Source of the DNA: Dehalococcoidia bacterium
GTDB taxonomy: Bacteria; Chloroflexota; Dehalococcoidia; Lucifugimonadales; UBA3495
NCBI GenBank assembly: GCA_022823105.1
Contig: JAJDXU010000234.1
Coordinates: 1-48,785 of the forward strand
DNA: 48,785 nucleotides
Direction of reading: 5' to 3'
Position numbers and translations under genes: made by a program. The notes below the pieces were generated by a model. That model ran no database searches and had not been told where the DNA came from. It saw only the letters and a list, made by a program, of their open reading frames with translations. Below, piece after piece: positions 16,189 to 24,803 of this stretch (position 1 is its first letter; the number at the start of each line of letters is the position of its first letter).

Positions 16189-17811
16189 CTACCGGCCGGA
16201 CCGGATGAAGTCCGCGATCCGTTCCGCCACCATGATCACCGCGGGGTTGATGGGCGCACGCACCAAGTCGGGCATGATCGACGCGTCGACGATGCGCAGC
16301 CCTTCCAATCCGAGCACTTTGCCATATTGATCGACCACGGCCAGCGCGTCGCCGGGCGGCCCCATCCTACAGGTGCAGGATATGTGGGAGAAGGTGGTCG
16401 CTTCCCGCAGCAGCCACCGATCCAGCGCGTCGTCGGTGGCCAGGTCCTTGTCCTCCGGCTCAATCCGTGGGCCGAGCAGGGGCGCCAATTCCTTGCTTGC
16501 CGCCAGTTCCAGCGCCTGGTGAATGCCGGCCCTCAGCCGCTCCCGGTCGAAGGGTTCGGCCAGGTAGTTGTAGTGCATGGCCGGCTGTACCCGGTAGTCC
16601 GCCGAGGTCAGGGTCAATTCGCCCCGGCTTTCCGGCAGCAACAGGGCGACCATCATCTCCACGCAGCGGGTCGCGGAGATCTCCTCCCCAGGCCCTAGCC
16701 CATCCGTCATCGGGCCCGGCGCGGCATCCTTGACCCGGGGCGTCACCAGTGCGGAAAAGCCGATGGAAAGATCGCTCCTGAGGTGGGAACCGGGAGCGGT
16801 GAGCCGCAGCGTAGCGCTGCCGGCCCCTCGGTTGGACTGGGCAGCAAGACCGCCGCCAACCTCCCACGTGACGTACACCTTGGGATGGTCTTTCAGATTC
16901 CGGCCCACGCCCGGCGTGTCCTGTACGACGGGTATTCCCAACCTCTCCAGCTGCCCGGCCGGACCGACACCGGACAGCAGCAACAGGTGGGGCGACCCGA
17001 CGGCGCCCGCGCTGAGGATAATCTCACCGGCTTCAACGGTGAACGTCTCATCGCCGCTCTCCACCAGGAGCCCGGTCGTCCGTTTGCCTTCGAAAATCAC
17101 CCGTCGAACGTGGCAATCGGGCCGCACCGTCAGGTTGAGTCGATGGCGCGCCTGCCCCAGGTAGCCCAGCGCGGTGCTGAACCGGACCCCGTTGTGGTTG
17201 TTGGTTATCCCCGGTCCCACCCCATTTGAATCCGGATGGTTGTGGTCGTTGGTTTCCTCGAAACCGCTGGCGACACATGCACCGACGAACCGTTTCTGGG
17301 TGTCGTCCCATGCGTCCGGGTTGGAATGGTGGACGAAGATGGGCCCATCGGAGCCGTGATAGTCGCCGTGCCGGTCAACGTCGGTTTCCGACTTGCGGAA
17401 GAACGGCAGGACCTTTTCGTAACTCCACTCGTCGTTGCCCAGAGATGCCCATGCGTCGAAATCCTCGGGCACGCCCCGGTAGAAAGCGGAGGAATTGATT
17501 GCGCTGGAACCGCCGGTGACTTTGCCCCGGGGCACCAGCATCGGCGGCGCAAGATCCGTCGCGGTTGCTGTGAACTGCCAGTTGTGGGGATTTGAGCCCA
17601 ACCAGTCGGGATGGCCGCTTGCCGTTCGAGCCACGGGCGGCGTCGGGTAGGCGGCGAACCCGTATTTCAGCTCGTCCGGCAGCAGTTCGAAGTTCGGGTA
17701 ATCCGGCCCGGCCTCCAGGAGCAGCACCGAGCGGTTCGGATCCTCCGAAAGGCGGGTCGCCAGAACCGAACCGGCCGAACCGGAACCCACAATCGCCACA
17801 TCGTATTTCAT
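16189..17811 (-). CDS. GMC family oxidoreductase
   Basis: MKYDVAIVGSGSAGSVLATRLSEDPNRSVLLLEAGPDY, GKVTGGSSAINS, and a C-terminal LRIVDASIMPDLVRAPINPAVIMVAERIADFI. The start is chosen by analogy with 7624 (MKYD...); ATG 17820 or 17838 is also possible. Confidence 0.9.
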   Translation of the reverse strand: MKYDVAIVGSGSAGSVLATRLSEDPNRSVLLLEAGPDYPNFELLPDELKYGFAAYPTPPVARTASGHPDWLGSNPHNWQFTATATDLAPPMLVPRGKVTGGSSAINSSAFYRGVPEDFDAWASLGNDEWSYEKVLPFFRKSETDVDRHGDYHGSDGPIFVHHSNPDAWDDTQKRFVGACVASGFEETNDHNHPDSNGVGPGITNNHNGVRFSTALGYLGQARHRLNLTVRPDCHVRRVIFEGKRTTGLLVESGDETFTVEAGEIILSAGAVGSPHLLLLSGVGPAGQLERLGIPVVQDTPGVGRNLKDHPKVYVTWEVGGGLAAQSNRGAGSATLRLTAPGSHLRSDLSIGFSALVTPRVKDAAPGPMTDGLGPGEEISATRCVEMMVALLLPESRGELTLTSADYRVQPAMHYNYLAEPFDRERLRAGIHQALELAASKELAPLLGPRIEPEDKDLATDDALDRWLLREATTFSHISCTCRMGPPGDALAVVDQYGKVLGLEGLRIVDASIMPDLVRAPINPAVIMVAERIADFIRSGR

Positions 17812-17839
17812 GACATCCATCCTGTGCCGGGCAGGCATC

Positions 17840-20131
17840 CTATCCCGCCGCCACGCCGTCGGTCAGAATCACTCCTGAATCCAGCAGGGTTTCATAACGG
17901 CTCGCGAGGCCATGCTCCTCCAGGATCTGCCTGGCGTGGGAACCGGGCCTGGGCGCGGGGATGCCCGGGCGCACCGGGGTGCGAGACAGTCGCGGCGCCG
18001 GGCCGCAGGTGGTCACCGGGCCCAAATCGTCGTGCTCTCGCGTGAGGCTGAGCCCGTGGGACTCCACCCACGGGTCGGTCATCAGCTCCCGGACGTTGGT
18101 GATGACCCGCTGCGCGCCGACGCCGGCTGCGGCCAGTCTGTCCACCCAGAACGCCACGCTGTTCCCCTGGAACCGCTCTTCCAGCGACGAAGCCAGCGCA
18201 TCGCCCCGCAGCGAGTCTATTCCGGAGAGTCCATCCAGGCCCGCCAGCCCCGGCAGGGCCGATTCCGGCGCTCCGATGAAGAACCAGCCGTCGCTGGCCT
18301 GATAGGCCCGGTGCAGCGGGCCGGTACCCAGGGCGTCCTGCCCGCTGGTCTCGTTCCACTCCTTGCCGTCGTACATCTGCATGAAGGGGGATTGCAGCGT
18401 CATGGCGGTGTAGGCCAGGGCCGAATCGACGTGCTGGCCCTCTCCGGTGCGCTGCCGGTGCAGCAGGGCCAGGGCCACCCCGTACGCGCCCATGAAGCCC
18501 GTGCCGTAGTCGTTCACCGGGTTGGGTTGCGACTCGGGCACACCGTCCCCGCCGAAGCGACGCGTCATGCCGGCCGTGGCCTGGGCAAACCCCTCGTGGC
18601 CGGGGCGCTCCGCCCAGGGGCCGATGTGCCCGTAGGCGTTCAGCGAAGCGTAGACGATGTCGGGCTTGCGCTTTCGGACCTCTTCGTAGCTCAGTCCAAG
18701 CCTCGCCAGGCTGCCCGCGCGGTAGTTCTGGGCCACCACGTCGGCATCCTCCAGCAACTTCCAGAAAACGTCGCGTCCCTCGTCGGATCTCAGGTCCAGC
18801 AGGATGCTGCGCTTGCCCCGATTGATGTCGTTGTGCCGGGCCACGGTGGAGCCGCGCCTGGGGTTATCTATCTTGATGACGTTGGCCCCGTACTCGGCCA
18901 GCGTCCGGCCCATGGTCGGGCCGGCCAGGATGATGCACAGGTCCAGCACCTTCACGCCGTCAAGGGCGGCGCGCATGGTGTCCTCGGGCGAAGGCGCTCC
19001 GGATCCTGATGCGTCAGAAGCTCGGCGGGGCTTCAACTCCGCGAGAATTTCCTCCCGATGCTGGTCGGGCTCCGGCGCCGGCCCGCGCACCCTGCCGGGC
19101 GTCAGCGACATCCGGGCGTTGATCCCCGGCTGCAGCATCTTGCCGTAGGTGGGGTCTTCCACCTCCACCACCATCTCGGAGGCCCGGGCGTGCGGGTGGT
19201 CAAACCACTCGGCGCTGGTGCGGCACACCGCGCCCTCGCTGCCCGCCTCGGCGATCAGGTCCTCCCATTCCTGCGCGGTGCGGGTCAGGAAGAGATCGTG
19301 AATCCGCTGCTGGGCGTCGGCGCGGAACTTGGGGTCGTCCAGGGGGTGGTCGAAGTCGGTCAGCCCCTCCGCGTCCCATGACGTTATCCCGGCGGCCTCC
19401 ACGAACTGCCGGAAATTCTGGTTGCCGGGGCCGCCGAAGCGCACGTACTCGCCGTCGCTGCATTGGAAGATGCCGCCCCACAACTCGCCCAGCATGGGAG
19501 CCGACGGCGGCGCGTTGTGCACCCGCACTCCGAATCGGCCGATGGACTGGAACATGCTGTCGAACAGGGGGACTTCTATGCGCTGCCCCACGCCATCGCG
19601 TTCGCGGACGTTCAGCGCGATGGTGATGGCTACCACCGACTGGAATGCGCCATACACGGAGGCGATGGGAATGGCCGTGTAAACCGGACGCTTGCTGTCA
19701 GGGTCGGACGGGCGGAAGGTGGCCGACGCCGCGCCCACAACCCCCTCGTAAGCCGGCATGCCGGCCCTGGGGTCGTCCGCCGCGAATCCCGGTATGGAGC
19801 AGTACACCAACTGAGGGTTGGCGCGGGTCATCTCGTCGGGTCCAAGCCCCAACCGGTCCATGGCGCCGGGCCGGAAGTTCTCGATCACCACGTCGGCGCC
19901 CTCTATTAGAGACTTGGCGATGGCCACATCGTCCGCACGCTTGAGGTCCAGGGTGATGCTGCGCTTGCCCCGGTTCCACGTGGAGTTGGCCGGAGTGTCC
20001 CAGCGAGGCCCGCCGGGAGGGTCGATACGCACCACGTCCGCGCCCTGGTCCGCAAGCAACATGCCCGCCAGGGGGCCCGAAATATACTGCCCGAAGTCAA
20101 TTACCCGAATGTGTTCCAGCGCTCCCGCCAT
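17840..20131 (-). CDS. fused tandem CaiB/BaiF (family III) CoA-transferase, two complete units in one chain
   Basis: Unit 1: IRVIDFGQYISGPLAGMLLADQGADVVRIDPPGG. Unit 2: VKVLDLCIILAGPTMGRTLAEYGANVIKIDNP. GGGGAGAG RBS. The stop abuts the downstream GMC gene. Confidence 0.9.
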   Translation of the reverse strand: MAGALEHIRVIDFGQYISGPLAGMLLADQGADVVRIDPPGGPRWDTPANSTWNRGKRSITLDLKRADDVAIAKSLIEGADVVIENFRPGAMDRLGLGPDEMTRANPQLVYCSIPGFAADDPRAGMPAYEGVVGAASATFRPSDPDSKRPVYTAIPIASVYGAFQSVVAITIALNVRERDGVGQRIEVPLFDSMFQSIGRFGVRVHNAPPSAPMLGELWGGIFQCSDGEYVRFGGPGNQNFRQFVEAAGITSWDAEGLTDFDHPLDDPKFRADAQQRIHDLFLTRTAQEWEDLIAEAGSEGAVCRTSAEWFDHPHARASEMVVEVEDPTYGKMLQPGINARMSLTPGRVRGPAPEPDQHREEILAELKPRRASDASGSGAPSPEDTMRAALDGVKVLDLCIILAGPTMGRTLAEYGANVIKIDNPRRGSTVARHNDINRGKRSILLDLRSDEGRDVFWKLLEDADVVAQNYRAGSLARLGLSYEEVRKRKPDIVYASLNAYGHIGPWAERPGHEGFAQATAGMTRRFGGDGVPESQPNPVNDYGTGFMGAYGVALALLHRQRTGEGQHVDSALAYTAMTLQSPFMQMYDGKEWNETSGQDALGTGPLHRAYQASDGWFFIGAPESALPGLAGLDGLSGIDSLRGDALASSLEERFQGNSVAFWVDRLAAAGVGAQRVITNVRELMTDPWVESHGLSLTREHDDLGPVTTCGPAPRLSRTPVRPGIPAPRPGSHARQILEEHGLASRYETLLDSGVILTDGVAAG

Positions 20132-20381
20132 GTTTGGACTCTCCCCGTGATCGGCCGGAAAGATTGGCTTGGTCGATCAGGGGCACGCTAACATCGCGGG
20201 TATGAGCGGTCAACTGCCGAAGTCGTAAATACCGCGGGCCGCGAGAAACCCCGAAGGACTAGGAATCCAGAGTTGTCACGCCTCAATGGTTGCCTTGACT
20301 TAAGGCTTGCCAACTTGTGCCGGAGACGTGTTCAGGGGCCAGGCGCGGCACGATTGGCCAAGGCGTTGATCGACCCATGTT

Positions 20382-21296
20382 TTACTGGGGCTGAAAGGCT
20401 TCCTCGGGTAGCTGGTACCAGAGGACCGTGCCACCGTCCAACAGCTCCTGGATCGCCTGGTCGTTTTGACGACTGGCGACGGCGGCATAGGCCGTCAGGC
20501 CGGTGATGTGGTTCAGGAACCGGGCGTTGCGCAGCGCCCGTCGGGTGTCCCTTTCGTCTGCGGTGTACGAGACTTCCACGGCGAGGTACGCAGGGTTTTC
20601 CTGCCGGTCTTGCACCATCATGATCAGGTCGGCGTGATAGAAAGAGCGCCGGTCGCCGGGGGTGAAATCCGGGGGAGGGTTGGAGCGGAACAGCTCGCGC
20701 AGTGGGAGACCAGCTATGATATCTATGACAATGAAGCCCAGTTCCTCGGCGATCTCATCAGCGCGCTCCCGGCAGATCCGGTAGGCAACGTTGCCCCGTA
20801 GTTCTCCGATCGCGGTCTCCAGGCGCCGGTTGGTGGCCCGTTGTTCCTCTATGAAGTCATCCACACGTTGGTTGGTGGCCCGCTGCTCCTCGTTCACCTC
20901 GCGCTGTTCCTCATTGAATTGGCGCTGTTCCTCGTTGACCTGGCGCTGCTCCTCGTTGACTTGGCGTTGTTCTTCGATGAAGTCATCAACGCGCTGATTG
21001 GTGGCCCGCTGTTCCTCGTTGACCTGGCGTTGTTCCTCGATGAAATCATCAACGCGCTGATTGGTGGCCCGCTGCTCCTCGTTGACCTGGCGCTGTTCCT
21101 CGTTGACCTGGCGCTGTTCCTCGTTGACCTGGCGCTGTTCCTCGATGAAGTTATCCACCCGGTTGGCCAGAGCGGCGAACCGTTCGGGCAACGCCAGGAG
21201 TTCCTCACTCAGAATCAGCCGGCGGGCATCCGCATAGAAGGTGGCGTCTTCCCTGAGCAGCCGAAGCAGGTCATCGGATGTGTTGATGGTGGTCAT
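20382..21296 (-). CDS. coiled-coil protein with 16 heptad repeats and a C-terminal PD-(D/E)xK-like domain (paralog of 42323..43111)
   Basis: Start is set at MTTINTSDDLLRLL because TATAAT at 21323-21318 overlaps the tracked ATG 21314, and the paralog starts M(VM)IHTSDDILRVL. The C-terminal region reads RRSFYHADLIMMV...YLAVEVSYTADERDTRRALRNARFL. Confidence 0.7.
   Translation of the reverse strand: MTTINTSDDLLRLLREDATFYADARRLILSEELLALPERFAALANRVDNFIEEQRQVNEEQRQVNEEQRQVNEEQRATNQRVDDFIEEQRQVNEEQRATNQRVDDFIEEQRQVNEEQRQVNEEQRQFNEEQREVNEEQRATNQRVDDFIEEQRATNRRLETAIGELRGNVAYRICRERADEIAEELGFIVIDIIAGLPLRELFRSNPPPDFTPGDRRSFYHADLIMMVQDRQENPAYLAVEVSYTADERDTRRALRNARFLNHITGLTAYAAVASRQNDQAIQELLDGGTVLWYQLPEEAFQPQ
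20829..21161 (-). repeat. 21-nt (heptad) tandem array, 16 units, with a nested 63-nt higher-order unit
   Basis: The units encode EEQRQVN, EEQRATN and QRVDDFI. On the + strand this appears as GTTGACCTGGCGCTGTTCCTC repeated. Confidence 0.85.
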
Positions 21297-21317
21297 GTTG
21301 CGTTCCTGATACATGCC

Positions 21318-21323
21318 ATTATA
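21318..21323 (-). promoter_or_regulatory. -10 box TATAAT (minus strand)
   Basis: The reverse complement of ATTATA is TATAAT, about 22 nt upstream of ATG 21296. Confidence 0.4.
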
Positions 21324-21387
21324 TACGATGCTCGGGACGGGTGAGTGCAGCGGGGCAGCCTATCCATTTCCCTCGACGTGCCCAAAA

Positions 21388-21416
21388 TTGACCCTCTCGG
21401 TATGCGTAACTATAAT
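21388..21416 (+). promoter_or_regulatory. sigma70-like promoter TTGACC-17-TATAAT
   Basis: TTGACC at 21388-21393, a 17-nt spacer, and TATAAT at 21411-21416, about 85 nt upstream of ATG 21501. Confidence 0.55.
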
Positions 21417-21500
21417 CGGCAGAGCCCATAGCAATAGCGGCCTTTGCCCAGGCAGCGGAATCGCGCTGCCGGGTTCATCGCGCACGTGAGGAGATCTTTC

Positions 21501-22019
21501 ATGGTTACACAACAGGCAGCAGTGCTGAGCCCTGAGGCTCTGATAGAGGAGTTCGAGAAGAACGGCGTCACCCACGTGGTGACCATTCCCGACAGCGAGA
21601 CCAACTACCTGTACGAGTTGATGAAGGACCAGTCCTGGCTGGACATCGTTCCCACCTCCAGGGAGGGCGAGACCTTCGGCATCGCCCTGGGGCTGCTGGT
21701 CGCCGGCAAGAATCCGGTGGTCCTGATTCAGAACACGGGCATGATGGAATCGGGCGACTCCATCCGCGGCATGGTGCTGGACGCCGGGTTCCCGCTGGTA
21801 ATGGTGGTGGGCTACCGCGGCTGGAACCGCCACGGTATCATCACCGACTCGGCGGCCACCTACACCGAGCCGTTCCTGAACGCTTTCCGCATCAACTACT
21901 ACCTGGTGGAGCAGGACGCCGACAGCACGCGCATCTCCACGGCCTTCGAGGAGGCGCGGGCCACCAAGCGGCCCGTGGCCATTCTGGTTGGCGACGAATA
22001 CCACGGGTTCAACCGCTAG
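21501..22019 (+). CDS. TPP-dependent decarboxylase, alpha (pyrimidine-binding) subunit; sulfopyruvate/phosphonopyruvate decarboxylase-like
   Basis: GAGGAG RBS before ATG 21501. VTHVVTIPDSETNYLYE...VPTSREGETFGIALGLLVAGKNPVVLIQNTG matches the ComD-type N-terminal TPP domain. Confidence 0.75.
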   Translation: MVTQQAAVLSPEALIEEFEKNGVTHVVTIPDSETNYLYELMKDQSWLDIVPTSREGETFGIALGLLVAGKNPVVLIQNTGMMESGDSIRGMVLDAGFPLVMVVGYRGWNRHGIITDSAATYTEPFLNAFRINYYLVEQDADSTRISTAFEEARATKRPVAILVGDEYHGFNR

Positions 22020-22134
22020 ACGGCGCGACCCTTCACAAAAAACGATTGCCCGTCGGCGCCTTGCCGAACACAACACGTGCCCCGGCGAAGCGCGTCGTAC
22101 GGAGCAAGCAAGATTCACGTAACGGAGGCAAAGA

Positions 22135-22725
22135 ATGATTCATGCTGCGGACGTATTCCGAGTATTCCAGGAGCACCGGGGCGATGCCATCGTGATTCCC
22201 ACCGGTACTTCCGGCCGCCACTGGCGCGAATTCACCACCAACGAGAACCGGGACCTGAACATGGGCGGCGCGATGGGCCAGACCACCTCGGCGGCCCTGG
22301 GACTCGCCCTCGGACTGCCCGATGAAAAGGTCGTGCTGTTCGATTCCGAAGGCGCGCTGCTGATGAACATGGGCATACTGGCCACCATTGCCGGCAAGCA
22401 GCCCGAAAATTTCTGCCACATCCTGTTGGACAACGAATGCTACGCCACCACCGGCGGGCAGCCGGTTCCCAACGCCCAGGATATCAACTACGCCGGCATG
22501 GCCAAGGAATCCGGTTATTCCTCTGCCTACAGCTTCGACGACCTGGAAGAGTTCGCCACCAACGTTGAGGAAATAATGCAGGCAACCGGACCGGTGTTCG
22601 TCGCCATCAAGGTAGTGCCGGAAGTGGAGAACGAGCCCATCGGCATGCGCGTGCGTCCCCCGACCCGCAGCCGCGCCGAGACCATCCGGGACTTGCAGGC
22701 GGAGTTGGGAATCAGCGCCGGTTAG
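22135..22725 (+). CDS. TPP-dependent decarboxylase, beta (diphosphate-binding) subunit; ComE-like
   Basis: GGAMGQTTSAALGLALGLPDEKVVLFDSEGALLMNMGILATIAGKQPENFCHILLDNECYATTGGQP matches the TPP-binding motif region, but with SEG where GDG is expected. Confidence 0.75.
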   Translation: MIHAADVFRVFQEHRGDAIVIPTGTSGRHWREFTTNENRDLNMGGAMGQTTSAALGLALGLPDEKVVLFDSEGALLMNMGILATIAGKQPENFCHILLDNECYATTGGQPVPNAQDINYAGMAKESGYSSAYSFDDLEEFATNVEEIMQATGPVFVAIKVVPEVENEPIGMRVRPPTRSRAETIRDLQAELGISAG

Positions 22726-22755
22726 TATCCGGAACTGTCAACGCCCGGAGAAAAT

Positions 22756-22779
22756 GCCCGGCTGAGCGTTCAGCCGGGC
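22756..22779. terminator. bidirectional intrinsic terminator hairpin between convergent genes
   Basis: GCCCGGCTGA-GCGT-TCAGCCGGGC, a perfect 10-bp stem, flanked by GAGAAAAT on the left and GTTTCAAACGTCTTT on the right. Confidence 0.55.
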
Positions 22780-22863
22780 GTTTCAAACGTCTTTGCCCGG
22801 GTTCCGCCAGGGAACCCGCCAGTGGTTCGCCCGGTCCGACGTGGGTCCGTTATGCCAGCGTCA

Positions 22864-24180
22864 TCACGACGGGTACTTGCCCAGCATCAGCCAGCCGCCG
22901 CTGCTGGGCGTGGAGAACGCGCAAAGCGCGGTCTCGGCACGCACGGTCACCTGGCGGTCGCCGGCAGTGCCCCGCAATTGCTCGATGCTGTCGGTGTACA
23001 TGGCGGTGCGGGTGCGGCCGTTGCCCAGATTCCCTCCACTGGAACTGAACGGATGCGGCCCCTTGACGCTGATGTCGCCGGCGTAGAAGGACAATGCCTC
23101 GCCCCGCTTGACCCCGTGCCACTGGAAGCCCTCCAGGAAGAACTGGGTCATTATGGAGTAGCCGTCGTAGGGGTTGAAGATGTCCACGTCGGCGGGGCCC
23201 AGGCCGGCGCCTTCGTACATGCGGGCGGCCTGCCGGTCTGTCCACATCTCCACTTCGTCCAGGTCGGGCTGGGTGGTCCGGAAGCGGAAGTTGTGCTGGG
23301 AATGGTTTAGCACATACACCGGTTGGGATTTCATATCCTGCGCCCGTTCCGCGGTGGTGAACAGATACGCCGCCGAGGCGTTGACGGGCCGGTCGCAGTC
23401 CCAGATGCGCAGGGGATTCAGGATCGGCCGGGAGCCTATGTAGTCTTCCACGGATATCGGTTGGATGTTGTGGGTGGCGTTGTATCCCCAGGGGGTGAGC
23501 AGCCCGTTCTTGTGCTGGTTTTGGACAAAGTGGACCAGGTCCTCATGCACGCCGCCATACCTCATCAGGTACTGTCGATGGGGAAAGATGTTGATGAAGT
23601 CGTTGCCGCCGTGGTTGCCCCAGGGCACGGTCCACTGGCGGGCGCCGCGGGCATAATCGTCGGCGTTTTCGCCGCCCCGCCGATAGCGTCCCTCCAGGTT
23701 GCCGGTGGGATAGATCACCAGGCAGGTGGAACACACTCCGTCGCCCACTGCCTGGGAGGCCATCCCCACCATCTCGCCGATGGTCGGCACCCCGGTGGGG
23801 GCGAATTTGACGTTCTTGAAGCCCATGGTGTCGATGAGCCACTGGGCGTTGATCAGGGTCAGGCCGTACTCCGAGTCGTAGGGCGGATCGAAGTAGGGCC
23901 GCGGCGCCCACTGGGAGGCGGTGCCGCCGCTGCCGCCGGCAATGTGGCTGTCGCAGCAGACGATGCCGTCCACCTCGTCCATGGTCACTCCGGCCTGCTC
24001 CATTGCCTTTTCGCAGGCCATGATGGTGTAAGCGCCCAGGGAGGTATCCAGGTTCGTCTCGTCCCACCGCCGGTCCACCGGCGAATGTCCGTATCCGGCG
24101 ATCGCCACCTTGCCCCGATGTTCCCACACGCCCAGTCCGTCCCGGTCCCTGCGCCACTGGAAGTTATTGCTGCTGGTCAT
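22864..24180 (-). CDS. thiolase-like (SCP-x/non-specific lipid-transfer type) protein
   Basis: 438 aa. KVAIAGYGHSP..., AMEQAGVTMDEVDGIVCCD, and a C-terminal SSSGGNLGNGRTRTAM. Canonical partner of the upstream DUF35 gene. Confidence 0.85.
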   Translation of the reverse strand: MTSSNNFQWRRDRDGLGVWEHRGKVAIAGYGHSPVDRRWDETNLDTSLGAYTIMACEKAMEQAGVTMDEVDGIVCCDSHIAGGSGGTASQWAPRPYFDPPYDSEYGLTLINAQWLIDTMGFKNVKFAPTGVPTIGEMVGMASQAVGDGVCSTCLVIYPTGNLEGRYRRGGENADDYARGARQWTVPWGNHGGNDFINIFPHRQYLMRYGGVHEDLVHFVQNQHKNGLLTPWGYNATHNIQPISVEDYIGSRPILNPLRIWDCDRPVNASAAYLFTTAERAQDMKSQPVYVLNHSQHNFRFRTTQPDLDEVEMWTDRQAARMYEGAGLGPADVDIFNPYDGYSIMTQFFLEGFQWHGVKRGEALSFYAGDISVKGPHPFSSSGGNLGNGRTRTAMYTDSIEQLRGTAGDRQVTVRAETALCAFSTPSSGGWLMLGKYPS

Positions 24181-24232
24181 ATTCCGTCCTCTTGTCGCTC
24201 GTCCACGAATCAGCGCTAGTTTACGGTGGTGG

Positions 24233-24643
24233 CTACTCCACCACCTGCCACTCGTGTATCAACTGGCCGGGGGCCACTTCTTCGAAGGTTACCTCCACGG
24301 CCGCGCCCACCGGCACCTCGTAAGCCGGGACGCCGGGCAGGTTGGAGTAGAAGTTCACCGTGGGATCCTGGTCCAGCGTTACCAGCGCCAGATTGTAGGG
24401 CTGGTCGGGCATCCGGCGGTTGAGTCGGCCGTCCTCGATGACAATGTAGGCGGCGATGTGGCCCTTGCCTTCCACCTCCTTCCACTCCAGCCCGTCCGCG
24501 GAGCCGCACGCCTGGCAGGCCGCTTGGGGCGGATACTGCAGCTTGTCACAGGCGGTGCAGTTCTGAAGCATCAGGCGCTGCTCGTTCACCGCGTCCCAGA
24601 ATGGCTGGCTGAGCTCATCAGGTACCGGGATAATCTTTGGCAT
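24233..24643 (-). CDS. Zn-ribbon/OB-fold protein (DUF35 family)
   Basis: LSQPFWDAVNEQRLMLQNCTACDKLQYPPQAACQACGS is the rubredoxin-like CxxC..CxxC element, followed by an OB fold. GGAGA RBS. Confidence 0.85.
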   Translation of the reverse strand: MPKIIPVPDELSQPFWDAVNEQRLMLQNCTACDKLQYPPQAACQACGSADGLEWKEVEGKGHIAAYIVIEDGRLNRRMPDQPYNLALVTLDQDPTVNFYSNLPGVPAYEVPVGAAVEVTFEEVAPGQLIHEWQVVE

Positions 24644-24678
24644 TGGTTGTCTCCAATCGTTTCGTTTCGGGCAACGCC

Positions 24679-24684
24679 ATTATA
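24679..24684 (-). promoter_or_regulatory. -10 box TATAAT (minus strand)
   Basis: The reverse complement of ATTATA is TATAAT, about 35 nt upstream of ATG 24643. Confidence 0.4.
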
Positions 24685-24769
24685 GAACACTGCGTGCTGC
24701 CGCGGCAGGGTCTTACAACGTTGCACCTGCGGAGCCGCGTGGCACGAAGAACGCCGCCGCGTCTTCCGT

Positions 24770-24803
24770 CCAACCGGAGCGGTGTTCCAACCGGAGCGGT
24801 GTT
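24770..24803. repeat. perfect 17-nt tandem direct repeat x2 (CCAACCGGAGCGGTGTT)
   Basis: Copies at 24770-24786 and 24787-24803 are identical. They lie about 90-120 nt upstream of the -10 box of the DUF35-thiolase operon. Confidence 0.75.

Noticed and set aside
20132-20381. Possible promoter TTGACC-17-TAGCGT (minus strand) for the CoA-transferase/GMC operon
   Set aside because: The -10 hexamer is weak and I cannot score it objectively, so I did not list it as a feature.
20829-21161. Regular 21-nt repeats that could be mistaken for a CRISPR array
   Set aside because: The units are contiguous with no spacers, lie in frame inside a long ORF, and encode heptads. No cas genes are present.
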